This document shows, piece after piece, positions 7,995 through 16,821 of a stretch of 22,546 bases of DNA. Source of the stretch: Acidilobaceae archaeon (GTDB lineage: Archaea; Thermoproteota; Thermoprotei_A; Sulfolobales; Acidilobaceae); NCBI GenBank assembly GCA_038824665.1, contig JAWBBK010000001.1, positions 453,854 to 476,399 of the forward strand. The letters run 5' to 3'. Under the pieces are notes generated by a model. It searched no databases and was not told where the DNA came from. It worked only from the letters and a program-made list of their open reading frames with translations. Position 1 is the stretch's first letter, and the number at the start of each line of letters is the position of its first letter. The position numbers were made by a program, and so were the translations under genes.

Positions 7995-9413
7995 ATGTTA
8001 AGAAGATTAGTTATCTTAGCCCTCATAGCTATCATCTTGACCGGCGTTTTCACTCCCAAAATATTCGCCCAAAAGCCTACAGCAGAGGAGACAGGACTCG
8101 TCCTCGTTAGCTTCGAAGAAGGAGTGGATTTCATGACAGAGGCTGCAAAGTACTCAATCGCATATGAAATCAAATGGTACGGAACAGATGGTTTAGCCTT
8201 AAGCACTAAGCTCCTTGAAAGCGCTACCGCGAGAGACTTAGCGATCAAAACAAATTTCAGAGCCACTATAGCTCTGAGCTTAGAGAACTTAGAGCTCGTG
8301 AGAAAAGTATACTGGGAAGTTAAAGATAGAGTAGGTTATGCTCCGGAAAGCTATTCGTTCAACACCTATGACGCAGTTTGGGTTATAGGTCTTGCTGTAG
8401 TAGCTGCAGGAGGAGCTACAGATGCTGAAGTGAGTACTATAGCTGAACTCATTCCGAAAATAGTTGAGATCTACTACGGAGCTTCAGGCAAAATAGTTCT
8501 CGACGAAAACGGGGATAGAGTCGGTAGTGATTACGGTATATTCGGAATTGTTGAAAAAGAAGGTAACTATATGTGGGTTCTAAAAGAAATGTGGAGCATG
8601 GAGAGAGACAGCATCACGAAATATGAAACAGACCCGCTAACTACGAGACCCACAGGAAGCCCAATGCCTACTGTAGACGTAGCGAAGCTGAGACAACTCG
8701 TGGTCAAAGAGCCTCCAGCTGTAGTCACTGTGACTATAGGTGCACTTTATCCGCTGACTGGAGGTTTAGCGTCGTTCGGTAGAACTAACGTTGAAGCTCT
8801 TAAAATTGCCATAGAAGACTTGAACAAATGGTTAGAAGCTAACGGCTTCAAGTTCAGGTTTAGTTATGAAATTAGAGATACAGCAACAAGCCCTGAAGTC
8901 GCTCTCGATAGATTTAGAGAGCTCTACGCTAGAGGTATAAGAGTCTTCGTAGGCCCTATGGCTAGCAGAGAGCTAGCGAAGATAAGAGATGAGATATTAG
9001 GAGGGAGCAGAGCTGTCGTTATAAGCCCTTCGAGCACCTCGCCGCTCCTCAAAACTAAAGACACGATATTCAGATTCCCGCCACCTGACGACTATCAGTG
9101 TTTAGCTATAGCTAGAATGATAAAGAATGATGGAGTTAAACAAATCGTTATAGTCTATCTGAACGACGATTGGGGTAGAATGCTTGCAGACTACACCAAG
9201 AGAAGAGCTGAAGAGCTAGGTATAACGGTTCTCGGGATGTATGCCTACGATCCGAATAACCCAGGGTTCCCATCTCTAGCAGAGACTGTGTTTAAGACTA
9301 TTGAAGCCAATGTAGCTGGACCTGGCGTCTCACCGGCTATCATAGTAGCTCTAGTAGTAATCGTAGCAATCGTGATCGTTGGAGGATATCTAGTACTCAA
9401 GAAAAGAAAATAA
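7995..9413 (+). CDS. Branched-chain amino acid (Liv/HAAT-type) ABC transporter substrate-binding protein, apparently circularly permuted, with signal peptide and C-terminal TM anchor
   Basis: Signal peptide aa 1-25. Type I PBP motifs IGALYPLTGGLASFG, DT..SPE, VGPMAS, ISPSSTSP, IFRF, NDDWG at aa 245-440, and WYGTDG, YDAVW, GASGKIVLDENGDR at aa 34-200. TM at aa 448-468 followed by KKRK. Confidence 0.88.
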   Translation: MLRRLVILALIAIILTGVFTPKIFAQKPTAEETGLVLVSFEEGVDFMTEAAKYSIAYEIKWYGTDGLALSTKLLESATARDLAIKTNFRATIALSLENLELVRKVYWEVKDRVGYAPESYSFNTYDAVWVIGLAVVAAGGATDAEVSTIAELIPKIVEIYYGASGKIVLDENGDRVGSDYGIFGIVEKEGNYMWVLKEMWSMERDSITKYETDPLTTRPTGSPMPTVDVAKLRQLVVKEPPAVVTVTIGALYPLTGGLASFGRTNVEALKIAIEDLNKWLEANGFKFRFSYEIRDTATSPEVALDRFRELYARGIRVFVGPMASRELAKIRDEILGGSRAVVISPSSTSPLLKTKDTIFRFPPPDDYQCLAIARMIKNDGVKQIVIVYLNDDWGRMLADYTKRRAEELGITVLGMYAYDPNNPGFPSLAETVFKTIEANVAGPGVSPAIIVALVVIVAIVIVGGYLVLKKRK

Positions 9414-9529
9414 TGTCTACAACAAAAAAGCTTCAAAACCTCCTAAACACCTCACTAATTTTTTAAGCTCTCTATTAATAGTGGAGTTGAAGCACGATTC
9501 TACGAAGGTCTTGAGGTGACAATAACGAG

Positions 9530-10291
9530 GTGGACGCGCTACTAGAAGTAAAAAACATATGGAAAAGCTTTGGAGCCTTAGTAGCACTCAAAGGAGTATC
9601 TCTTAGAGTTCCTAAAGGAAAGATAACTTTGCTCATTGGACCTAACGGAAGCGGTAAGAGCACGTTGCTAAATATAATAAGCGGACTCTTAGAACCTGAT
9701 GAAGGTAAGGTGATATTTGAAGGCGTTGATATCACGAAGCTACCTTCTCACGAAAGGCATAGATTAGGTCTCGTCAGAGGCTTTCAGATCCCTAGACTCA
9801 TGCGGAACCTGTTGGTTGATGAAAACGTAGCTTTAGGAAGAGCGGACAACCCAGGAGAGAGTCTCACTCGCGCCGTTATAGAGGCCTTCTGGCTGGAGTT
9901 TGAGTCTAAAACTATAAGCGAAGCCAACAAGACTCTAGACTCTCTAGCGCTTAGTCAAGCTAAAGGGAAAAAGCCTGGAGAATTAAGCGGAGGTCAGATG
10001 AAGCTCTTAGACTTAGCGAGAGTCATGATGGCTAAGAACGTGAAACTAGTTCTTCTCGACGAGCCTACAGCAGGAGTTAATCCTGTTTTAGCTCACGAGA
10101 TCTTCAAAGTCCTCAAGAAGTTAGCGACAGAAGGAGGACTCACGTTTCTCGTAGTAGAACACAGATTAGATATAGCCGTAGACTACGCTGATTACGCCTA
10201 TGCGCTACATCTAGGCGAAGTAATAGCTGAAGGTGATCCACACGAAGTTTTAAAGAATCCAAAAGTAATTGCAAGCTACCTCGGTGAGTAG
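9530..10291 (+). CDS. livG: Branched-chain amino acid ABC transporter ATP-binding protein (LivG-like)
   Basis: Walker A GPNGSGKST, GLVRGFQIPR, LSGGQ, LLDEPTAGVNP, VEH, terminal YLG. Confidence 0.9.
   Translation: MDALLEVKNIWKSFGALVALKGVSLRVPKGKITLLIGPNGSGKSTLLNIISGLLEPDEGKVIFEGVDITKLPSHERHRLGLVRGFQIPRLMRNLLVDENVALGRADNPGESLTRAVIEAFWLEFESKTISEANKTLDSLALSQAKGKKPGELSGGQMKLLDLARVMMAKNVKLVLLDEPTAGVNPVLAHEIFKVLKKLATEGGLTFLVVEHRLDIAVDYADYAYALHLGEVIAEGDPHEVLKNPKVIASYLGE
9635..9664 (+). repeat. 30-nt exact direct repeat, copy 1 (Walker A coding sequence)
   Basis: ATTGGACCTAACGGAAGCGGTAAGAGCACG, identical to 10393-10422. Confidence 0.9.
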
Positions 10292-10293
10292 CT

Positions 10294-11007
10294 ATGGTTT
10301 TAAGCGTAGAGTCTCTAAACGCTGGCTATGGAAAGCTTCAGATACTCTTCGACGTATCGTTTTCAGCTAAAAGAAAGGAGATAGTAGCTATAATTGGACC
10401 TAACGGAAGCGGTAAGAGCACGCTTCTCAAAGCTATATTTGGAATAGCCAACGTATATTCCGGAAGAATTCTATATCATGGAAACGACATAACTAAGATG
10501 CCTCCTCACGAGAAAGCGAGAATAGGGTTAGCCTATATGCCACAAACTGATAACGTGTTTTTAAACTTAACTGTGATAGAGAACTTAAAGATAGCCTCTT
10601 ACACTATTAACGAAGAAGATGCTGAAAGCAGAACTAAAGAGGTTCTAGAGTTCTTTCCGTTCCTCAAGAAAAAATTAGACATAAGAGCTAGCGCTCTAAG
10701 CGGAGGAGAGAGACAAATGCTAGGTATCGCTATGATCTTGATCAGAGACCCGAGCGTAGTGATGCTTGACGAACCTACAGCGGGCATCGCACCAGTTATA
10801 GCAAAACAGATGGCCACATATATATCTCGGCTTAGAGACGAGTTCGATAAGACAGTTCTATTGGTAGAACAGAACGCTAGACTAGCTCTAAACATAGCTG
10901 ACTCTGCTCTGCTATTAGTTAGCGGCAAAGTAGTCTATTTCGGAAGCGCAGAAGACCTAGCTAAAGACCCCGAGCTGGGCTCTAAATACGTGGGGCTAGC
11001 GCGTTGA
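10294..11007 (+). CDS. livF: Branched-chain amino acid ABC transporter ATP-binding protein (LivF-like)
   Basis: LNAGYG, GPNGSGKST, YMPQ..NVF..LTVIENL, LSGGERQML, LDEPTAG, VEQNA. Confidence 0.9.
   Translation: MVLSVESLNAGYGKLQILFDVSFSAKRKEIVAIIGPNGSGKSTLLKAIFGIANVYSGRILYHGNDITKMPPHEKARIGLAYMPQTDNVFLNLTVIENLKIASYTINEEDAESRTKEVLEFFPFLKKKLDIRASALSGGERQMLGIAMILIRDPSVVMLDEPTAGIAPVIAKQMATYISRLRDEFDKTVLLVEQNARLALNIADSALLLVSGKVVYFGSAEDLAKDPELGSKYVGLAR
10393..10422 (+). repeat. 30-nt exact direct repeat, copy 2
   Basis: Identical to 9635-9664. Confidence 0.9.
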
Positions 11008-12065
11008 TCGATGCCTTAGTTCTAGCGATCCCTTCTATTCAATATCTCCTTGCAGGACTCGCTTTTGCATCAAGTATTGCTTTACTCTCAGCTATGATGA
11101 CTTTAGTGTACTTAGTGACTAGAGTTCCTAACTTCGCACAAGGAACTCTAGTAATCAGTGGAGTGCTTGTCACAGTTTATTTGATAGATAGAGTATTTTA
11201 CACCCATCTAGGAAGTCCTTTCTATCTTCTTTTGTACTTAGTAGCTCCCGTAATCTCGGGAGTCTTTGTAGCTCTGATGGCCTTTTGTGAGTATCTCTTC
11301 GTGATCAGACCTCTAAGAAGTAAGGGAATAGGTGACATAGGCATCATGATATCAACTCTAGCTTTTGACGCGATCCTAGCCGGATCGTTAGCTATAGTCA
11401 CACTAGTGGTCCCAGGTGTTTACATCAAGAAGCTGATCAACATAGACCTCAGATCTCTCGATGTGCTTTTGAACACTCCTCTAGGACGATTTTACTTAAG
11501 CGATCTTCTGGTGCCTCTTATCAGCCTCGTTCTAGTCGCTCTAATGCATTACGTGTTATATAAGACCAAGTTCGGAATAGCTCTGAGAGCTTCTATAGAG
11601 AACCCAAACTTGGCTAAAGTTTTAGGCATTAACGTCGATAAGACCTATGCAATAGCTTGGCTCCTCGCAGGATTTCTCAGCGGCGCTATTGGAAGCCTCA
11701 TAGGTTTTCAGCTTTCAAGTAATTACGGAGGGATCAACCCTACAGGAACTCAATATCTCTTCTTGATATCGATATTTGCCGGCAGCGTGCTAGGAGGTAT
11801 GAGCTCTATATACCTGTCGATGCTAGGAGGCTTTATCATAGGGGTTACTGAAAGCATTTTCGTTACTACTTTAAACAACGTGTTCATGTTCGGACTGAAC
11901 GTAAACCTTCAGCTACACGCGCTTAAGGGACTCTTCAGCTTCTTAATCATAATGATCGTGCTCCTAGCCGCTCCTCAAGGACTCGCCTCAATAAATTGGG
12001 AGAGGCTTTTGGGTCTAAGAAGCAAAGGTGAGGTCGTTCATGAAAGCACTGGTGAGAGAACGTAA
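11004..12065 (+). CDS. livH: Branched-chain amino acid ABC transporter permease (LivH-like)
   Basis: VPNFAQG, TKFGIALRASIENPNLAKVLGIN, FAGSVLGGMSS, PQGL motifs; polytopic membrane protein. Confidence 0.88.
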   Translation: MIDALVLAIPSIQYLLAGLAFASSIALLSAMMTLVYLVTRVPNFAQGTLVISGVLVTVYLIDRVFYTHLGSPFYLLLYLVAPVISGVFVALMAFCEYLFVIRPLRSKGIGDIGIMISTLAFDAILAGSLAIVTLVVPGVYIKKLINIDLRSLDVLLNTPLGRFYLSDLLVPLISLVLVALMHYVLYKTKFGIALRASIENPNLAKVLGINVDKTYAIAWLLAGFLSGAIGSLIGFQLSSNYGGINPTGTQYLFLISIFAGSVLGGMSSIYLSMLGGFIIGVTESIFVTTLNNVFMFGLNVNLQLHALKGLFSFLIIMIVLLAAPQGLASINWERLLGLRSKGEVVHESTGERT

Positions 12066-13356
12066 AGACGTACTTATAGATGTCTTAACGCTAGCGTTCA
12101 TAGCGTTTCTACCTTTAGCGCTTGTAATAGCGCAAAGAAAGCTCGGCCTGATGCTGATACCGATGACAGAAGCAGACATCGTATCCATATTCGCGTTAGC
12201 TATAATCGTGCTAGCTCTGAACCTAGTTGCAGGCTATACGGGGATTCCACATTTCGGTATGCACTTTTTCGTTTACATTGGAGCCTTCGGAATGAGCGCT
12301 ATGGCTATGAGGCTCTACATAGCGACTATTGGCTTTCTAGACGAGAGTCTCAGAGAAAAGCTTCTCGGAGACGAGATAATTAAGAAATATGCAACTAGTC
12401 TGATGGAGGTCTTGACGTTAGCTACAGGTCGTTCGATAAGTCTCAGAGTCTCCGATATAGTAGGAAACCACGCTGGCTCAAGTCCTTACCTAACGCTCTT
12501 CTATATAGCCTTGGGACTTATAAGTAGCGTCTTCCTAGCTCTAGCGTTCTCGTTCCTACTAGGGCTCGTTGCTTTAAGACTAAGAGGTGACTACCTAGCT
12601 ATATTTTCTTTAATAATGGCAGAGTTCATGGTAATGGTGATCTTCCACAACTTAGAGACCTTAGGAGGAGGAGTTTATGGTGTAAGCGCGCCACGCGTTC
12701 TTCCTCAGCTAGCTGAAAATCTGAGACCTCTAGGTGAAGTCTTGGGGATAAGCTCTCCGCTAGCTTTGCTCACAGCACTCATATTGTTCATAGCTCTTGT
12801 AGCGACTTACGCTTACTCTATCAGAACCTCTAACAGTCCTCTTGGAAGGCTTTTAAGAGGGATCAGAGACGATGAACTCGTAGTAAGCATCTTCGGTAGA
12901 GACGTAGGCGTTATCAAAATGAAAGTTATCCTCCTAGGTTGCGTTATAGCGAGTCTAGCCGGAGCTCTCTACACTCTTTACATGGCTAGCGTCATACCCA
13001 GAAGCTTCAACAGAATGGATTGGACCTTCCTTCCGTGGACTATGATGATACTAGGAGGTATGGCGAACAGTAGAGGCGTTATCGTTGGAGCTCTTCTCGT
13101 TTACTTGATTAGAAGGCTTTCGAGTAGCTTAGCTCCTTCAGTTTTTGAGATCTTCTCTTCTCTCAGCGGTTTCACGCTAGAACAACATACTATAGACCAA
13201 GTTCAAGCTATAGCACCTCATATCGTTACAGGAGCTTTAGTTCTACTCGTCCTTTACCTAAGACCTCAAGGACTGTTACCAGAAGAGCCTAGCAAGACGT
13301 TGAGGCCTAAGGTTTTATCTACTTCGTTCCGTAGCTCTTCTCAAGAATCTTCTTAA
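12040..13356 (+). CDS. livM: Branched-chain amino acid ABC transporter permease (LivM-like)
   Basis: LNLVAGYTG, LRLRGDYLAI, GGGVYG, SPLGRLLRGIRDDE, ILGG, RPQGL. Start at ATG 12040 after GGTGAGGT SD (ORF track gives GTG 12028). Confidence 0.88.
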   Translation: MKALVRERKDVLIDVLTLAFIAFLPLALVIAQRKLGLMLIPMTEADIVSIFALAIIVLALNLVAGYTGIPHFGMHFFVYIGAFGMSAMAMRLYIATIGFLDESLREKLLGDEIIKKYATSLMEVLTLATGRSISLRVSDIVGNHAGSSPYLTLFYIALGLISSVFLALAFSFLLGLVALRLRGDYLAIFSLIMAEFMVMVIFHNLETLGGGVYGVSAPRVLPQLAENLRPLGEVLGISSPLALLTALILFIALVATYAYSIRTSNSPLGRLLRGIRDDELVVSIFGRDVGVIKMKVILLGCVIASLAGALYTLYMASVIPRSFNRMDWTFLPWTMMILGGMANSRGVIVGALLVYLIRRLSSSLAPSVFEIFSSLSGFTLEQHTIDQVQAIAPHIVTGALVLLVLYLRPQGLLPEEPSKTLRPKVLSTSFRSSSQESS

Positions 13357-15937
13357 AGACATAAGATAGTACTCCACCGCTCTTATAATACTCGACTTCT
13401 GCCCAGCTGTCTAGTCTGAGTTTAGCTTTCAGCTCTAAAGTAGAGCCGTCGCTTCTTCTTATGACTACTTTAACTTTAGAGCCTGGAGCTATTCCTTCAC
13501 TTAAGCCCAGTATGTCGATCTCCTCATCGCCTCTGAGAACTTCTATAAGCCTCTCTTCGACTTCTAGCGGAAGGATTCCTACAGCTACAAGGTTTCTTCT
13601 GTGAATTCTCTCAAAGCTTTCAGCTATAACGGCTTTAACGCCTAAAAGTCTTGGAGCTCTAGCTGCCCAGTCTCTGCTACTACCCATTCCGTAGTTCTTA
13701 CCGGCTACAATAACTGCAGGAACTCCTCTTGACATATAGGTCTTGCTAGCCTCGAAGATCGTAGTCTCAACGCCTTCAGGCCAGATCTTGGTCCAAGCTC
13801 CACGTTTTTCTGAGATCAAATTCTTAAAGCCAGGACTATCGAAAGTCCCTCTCACCATGACCTCATGATTGCCTCTCATGGAACCGAAGGTCAGTCCTTC
13901 AGCTTCTGGGTCTATGCCGAGCTCAAGCAGATATCTTCCAGCTTGAGAGTCTCTTTTTATCGGTCCTGCTGGGCTTATGTGGTCAGTGTTCGTGTTGTCT
14001 GGAGCTAAGACTAAGATCCTGGCTCCTATAATGTCCTTAGTTCTCTCCTCCTCGCTAACAAACAAAAGAGGAGGTTTGACTATCTGAACGCTGAACTTCC
14101 AGTCGTAAAGTAATCCTTCTGGAGCCTCTATCTTTAACCACTCAGATGGCTCTTGGATATAACAGAAGACTTCTATTGAAAGTCTTTTCAAGTCGAGCTT
14201 TTCGAGTTCTCTGTGAACCTCGTCCTCTTTAGGCCAAAGCTCTTTTAGATAGACAGGCTTCCCGTTTGGGTCTAAGCCTATAGGTTCGTTCTCTAAGTCT
14301 ATATCTATGCGTCCAGTCAAGGCATAAACTACCACTAGAGGCGGACTAGCTAGATAAACGCTTTTGATAAGAGGATGAATCCTTCCTGAGAAGTTCCTGT
14401 TTCCGCTTATGACGGCTACTAGATGAACTCCTCTTCTAGCCGCTTCTTCAACTACTGGAACTAGAGGACCGCTGTTACCTATGCAAGTAGCGCAAGCATA
14501 GCCAACAACATGAAAACGAAGAGCTTCAAGATATGGCATTAAGTTGAGCTCTTCTAGAACCCTGACAGCTAGCCTACTACCAGGAGTGAAGCTTGTCTTA
14601 ACCCAAGGCTTTACCTGAAGACCTCGTTTGACAGCACGCTTAGCTATCAACCCTGCCGCTACCAAAAGATCCAAGCTTCCTGTGTTCGTACAACTAGCTA
14701 TAGCCGCCAAAGCTACATATCCGTCTTCTATCTTGTACTTGACTTTATCGAATTCCGCTTCGTAAGATGAGCTTTGAACTGGCAGATAGGTTTTAACTTT
14801 AGTCTTGACTTCTTTTAAGGATATTCTTTCAAAGGGGTTCTTAGGTCCCGCTATTGATGGTTCTACAGAACTCAAGTCTAGCTCTATGACCTCGCTGTAG
14901 TTGGGTTCGTTTTGAACATCGTACCACAGCCCTGTCCTTTTGGTATACGCTTCTATTAGCTTTATCCATGACTCGTCTCTACCGGTAATGCGGAGATATT
15001 TTAAAGTGTTCTCGTCTATTGGAAAGAAGCCTACTGTAGCTCCATACTCTGGAGCCATGTTGGCTACTGGAAATCTGGTCCAGACAGAGAGCTTGTTATA
15101 GGACTCTCCGAAGAACTCTACAAAAGCTTCTACAACTCCTCTCTTTCTAAGTAGCTCAGTTACGTAAAGAGCTAAGTCTGTAGCCGTAACTCCCGGTCTC
15201 AGCTCTCCATACAGCCTCACTCCGACGACTTTAGGAACCGCTATGTAGTAAGGCTCTCCTAGCATTACTGCCTCTGCTTCGAGTCCTCCAACTCCCCAGC
15301 CTAGAACGCCTAAAGCGTTGACCATGGTCGTATGGCTGTCTGTACCAAGAACTGTGTCAGGAGTTATCCAGAGCTCTCCCCTTTTCTCTTCTAAACGAAC
15401 AACTGTAGCTAGTTGTTCTACGTTGATCTGATGTATTATACCGTTGCCTGGAGGTATCACCCTAAAGTTCTTGAAGGCTTTTTGAGCCCATTTGAGTAGT
15501 CTGAACTTATCTCTGTTTCTAAGCGCCTCAAGCCTCATGTTCTCTCCTAAAGACAATGACGATCCGAAGCTGTCTACCTGAAGGCTATGGTCTACTATGA
15601 GGTCTACCTCAACGATTGGATCAACAACTCTAGGGTCTAAACCTCTCTGAGCTACAGCTTCTCTTAAAAGAGCTAGATCGAGAGCTAGAGCGACTCCTGT
15701 GAGGTCTTGCGATATGAGTCTAGAGGGATAGAAGGAGATCTCCAAGTCTGTGCCCGACTTCCACTTGCTTAAAGCCTCTAGCGCTCGTTCAGCCTCGTCG
15801 CTAGGAAGACTTCTAGCTACGTTCTCAGCTAGTAGCCTTATAACATAAGGAGCTTCGTGGATCCAGTCTAAGCTCTTGAGGTCCACGAACTTAGCCTTAC
15901 CGTAAATAGTTTCAAGAAGTCCAAATCTGACTTCCAA
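13319..15937 (-). CDS. acnA: Aconitate hydratase A (AcnA/IRP family)
   Basis: QDLTGV, DHSLQVD, PPGNGIIHQIN, GTDSHTTM, NMAPEYGAT, Fe-S ligands ASCTNT and GYACATCIGNSG, SGNRNF, TDHISPAG, GSSRDWAA. Start probably TTG near 15937-15943 after AGGTGA (ORF track extends to 16036). Confidence 0.95.
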   Translation of the reverse strand: MEVRFGLLETIYGKAKFVDLKSLDWIHEAPYVIRLLAENVARSLPSDEAERALEALSKWKSGTDLEISFYPSRLISQDLTGVALALDLALLREAVAQRGLDPRVVDPIVEVDLIVDHSLQVDSFGSSLSLGENMRLEALRNRDKFRLLKWAQKAFKNFRVIPPGNGIIHQINVEQLATVVRLEEKRGELWITPDTVLGTDSHTTMVNALGVLGWGVGGLEAEAVMLGEPYYIAVPKVVGVRLYGELRPGVTATDLALYVTELLRKRGVVEAFVEFFGESYNKLSVWTRFPVANMAPEYGATVGFFPIDENTLKYLRITGRDESWIKLIEAYTKRTGLWYDVQNEPNYSEVIELDLSSVEPSIAGPKNPFERISLKEVKTKVKTYLPVQSSSYEAEFDKVKYKIEDGYVALAAIASCTNTGSLDLLVAAGLIAKRAVKRGLQVKPWVKTSFTPGSRLAVRVLEELNLMPYLEALRFHVVGYACATCIGNSGPLVPVVEEAARRGVHLVAVISGNRNFSGRIHPLIKSVYLASPPLVVVYALTGRIDIDLENEPIGLDPNGKPVYLKELWPKEDEVHRELEKLDLKRLSIEVFCYIQEPSEWLKIEAPEGLLYDWKFSVQIVKPPLLFVSEEERTKDIIGARILVLAPDNTNTDHISPAGPIKRDSQAGRYLLELGIDPEAEGLTFGSMRGNHEVMVRGTFDSPGFKNLISEKRGAWTKIWPEGVETTIFEASKTYMSRGVPAVIVAGKNYGMGSSRDWAARAPRLLGVKAVIAESFERIHRRNLVAVGILPLEVEERLIEVLRGDEEIDILGLSEGIAPGSKVKVVIRRSDGSTLELKAKLRLDSWAEVEYYKSGGVLSYVFKKILEKSYGTK

Positions 15938-16458
15938 ACTCAAGTCACCTATCCATTCGAACTCACGACTATCCGCACTGCTTAATAGAGTGACGCCTAT
16001 AATTGTTGTCGCTACGAAACGATTAACTGAACGCATGCGAGAGCGCTTTCTACAGCTCTACAACTTTTAGACCGATGCTCGTACAACGCGTAGATCCTCA
16101 AACTTTATAAACGATAGAAAACCCTCGTCTTAACTCTCACTTAACTCCCTCATCTTATCCCTTTACAGTATAGCGATCTATCGTTAACGCTTTACATAGC
16201 TGAAACCTGGTCACGATGAGCTAAATGGAAGATCGCTTAGAGTTGAAGCTCTTCAAAGAACGTTGAAGCCTTCGCTTTCAGCTTGTGACTTCTTTCAAAT
16301 AAAGTTAGAGAACTCAGTTGAGGTCGTCTCAAATAACAACAATTGAAAATCAAAACACGTTCGTAACGAGAGCTTCTAAGACCTGTCTCTAGCTATAGCT
16401 CATAGAATCTATTAAGCGTTCCTCAAGCGAGATCGTGAAGAGAAGAGAGGGACTCGAT

Positions 16459-16821
16459 ATGTCTTCGTCTTCCATCTCCAAAGACAGCGGGGAGGTTTCT
16501 ATAGAGGAGTTCTCTAAGCTTGATCTAAGAGTCGGAAAAGTAGTGTTGGCTGAAGCCGTTCCCGGTAGCAGGAAGTTGTTGAGACTTATAGTCGACATCG
16601 GCGGAGGAGAGCAAAGACAGGTTATAGCTGGAATAGCTAAATGGTACAAACCTGAAGACCTAATAGGTAAGCTCGTAATAGTAGTGGCTAACTTAAAGCC
16701 TAAAGTCATGGCTGGCTACGTGAGTCAAGGCATGGTTCTCGCTGCTGGCTGTGGACCTGAAGACAAACCTGTCCTTCTTACTGTAGACGAACCTGTAGCG
16801 CCTGGTTCTAGAGTCTGCTAA
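16459..16821 (+). CDS. Stand-alone tRNA-binding OB-fold protein (MetRS C-terminal/beta subunit, Trbp111/CsaA-like)
   Basis: EEFSKLDLRVGKV, KLLRLIVDIG, RQVIAGIA, VVANLKP, SQGMVLAA. ATG 16459 follows GAGAGGG (ORF track start 16435). Confidence 0.9.
   Translation: MSSSSISKDSGEVSIEEFSKLDLRVGKVVLAEAVPGSRKLLRLIVDIGGGEQRQVIAGIAKWYKPEDLIGKLVIVVANLKPKVMAGYVSQGMVLAAGCGPEDKPVLLTVDEPVAPGSRVC

Noticed and set aside
13319-13356. 38-nt convergent overlap of livM and acnA 3' ends as antisense regulation
   Set aside because: Convergent 3' overlaps are routine in this compact window (also 1134-1137, 16808-16821, 19822-19825).
15938-16036. N-terminal hydrophobic extension on aconitase resembling a signal peptide
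   Set aside because: A good SD (AGGTGA) precedes TTG at about 15937-15943, where AcnA-like sequence begins; the extension is probably an artefact of longest-ORF calling.
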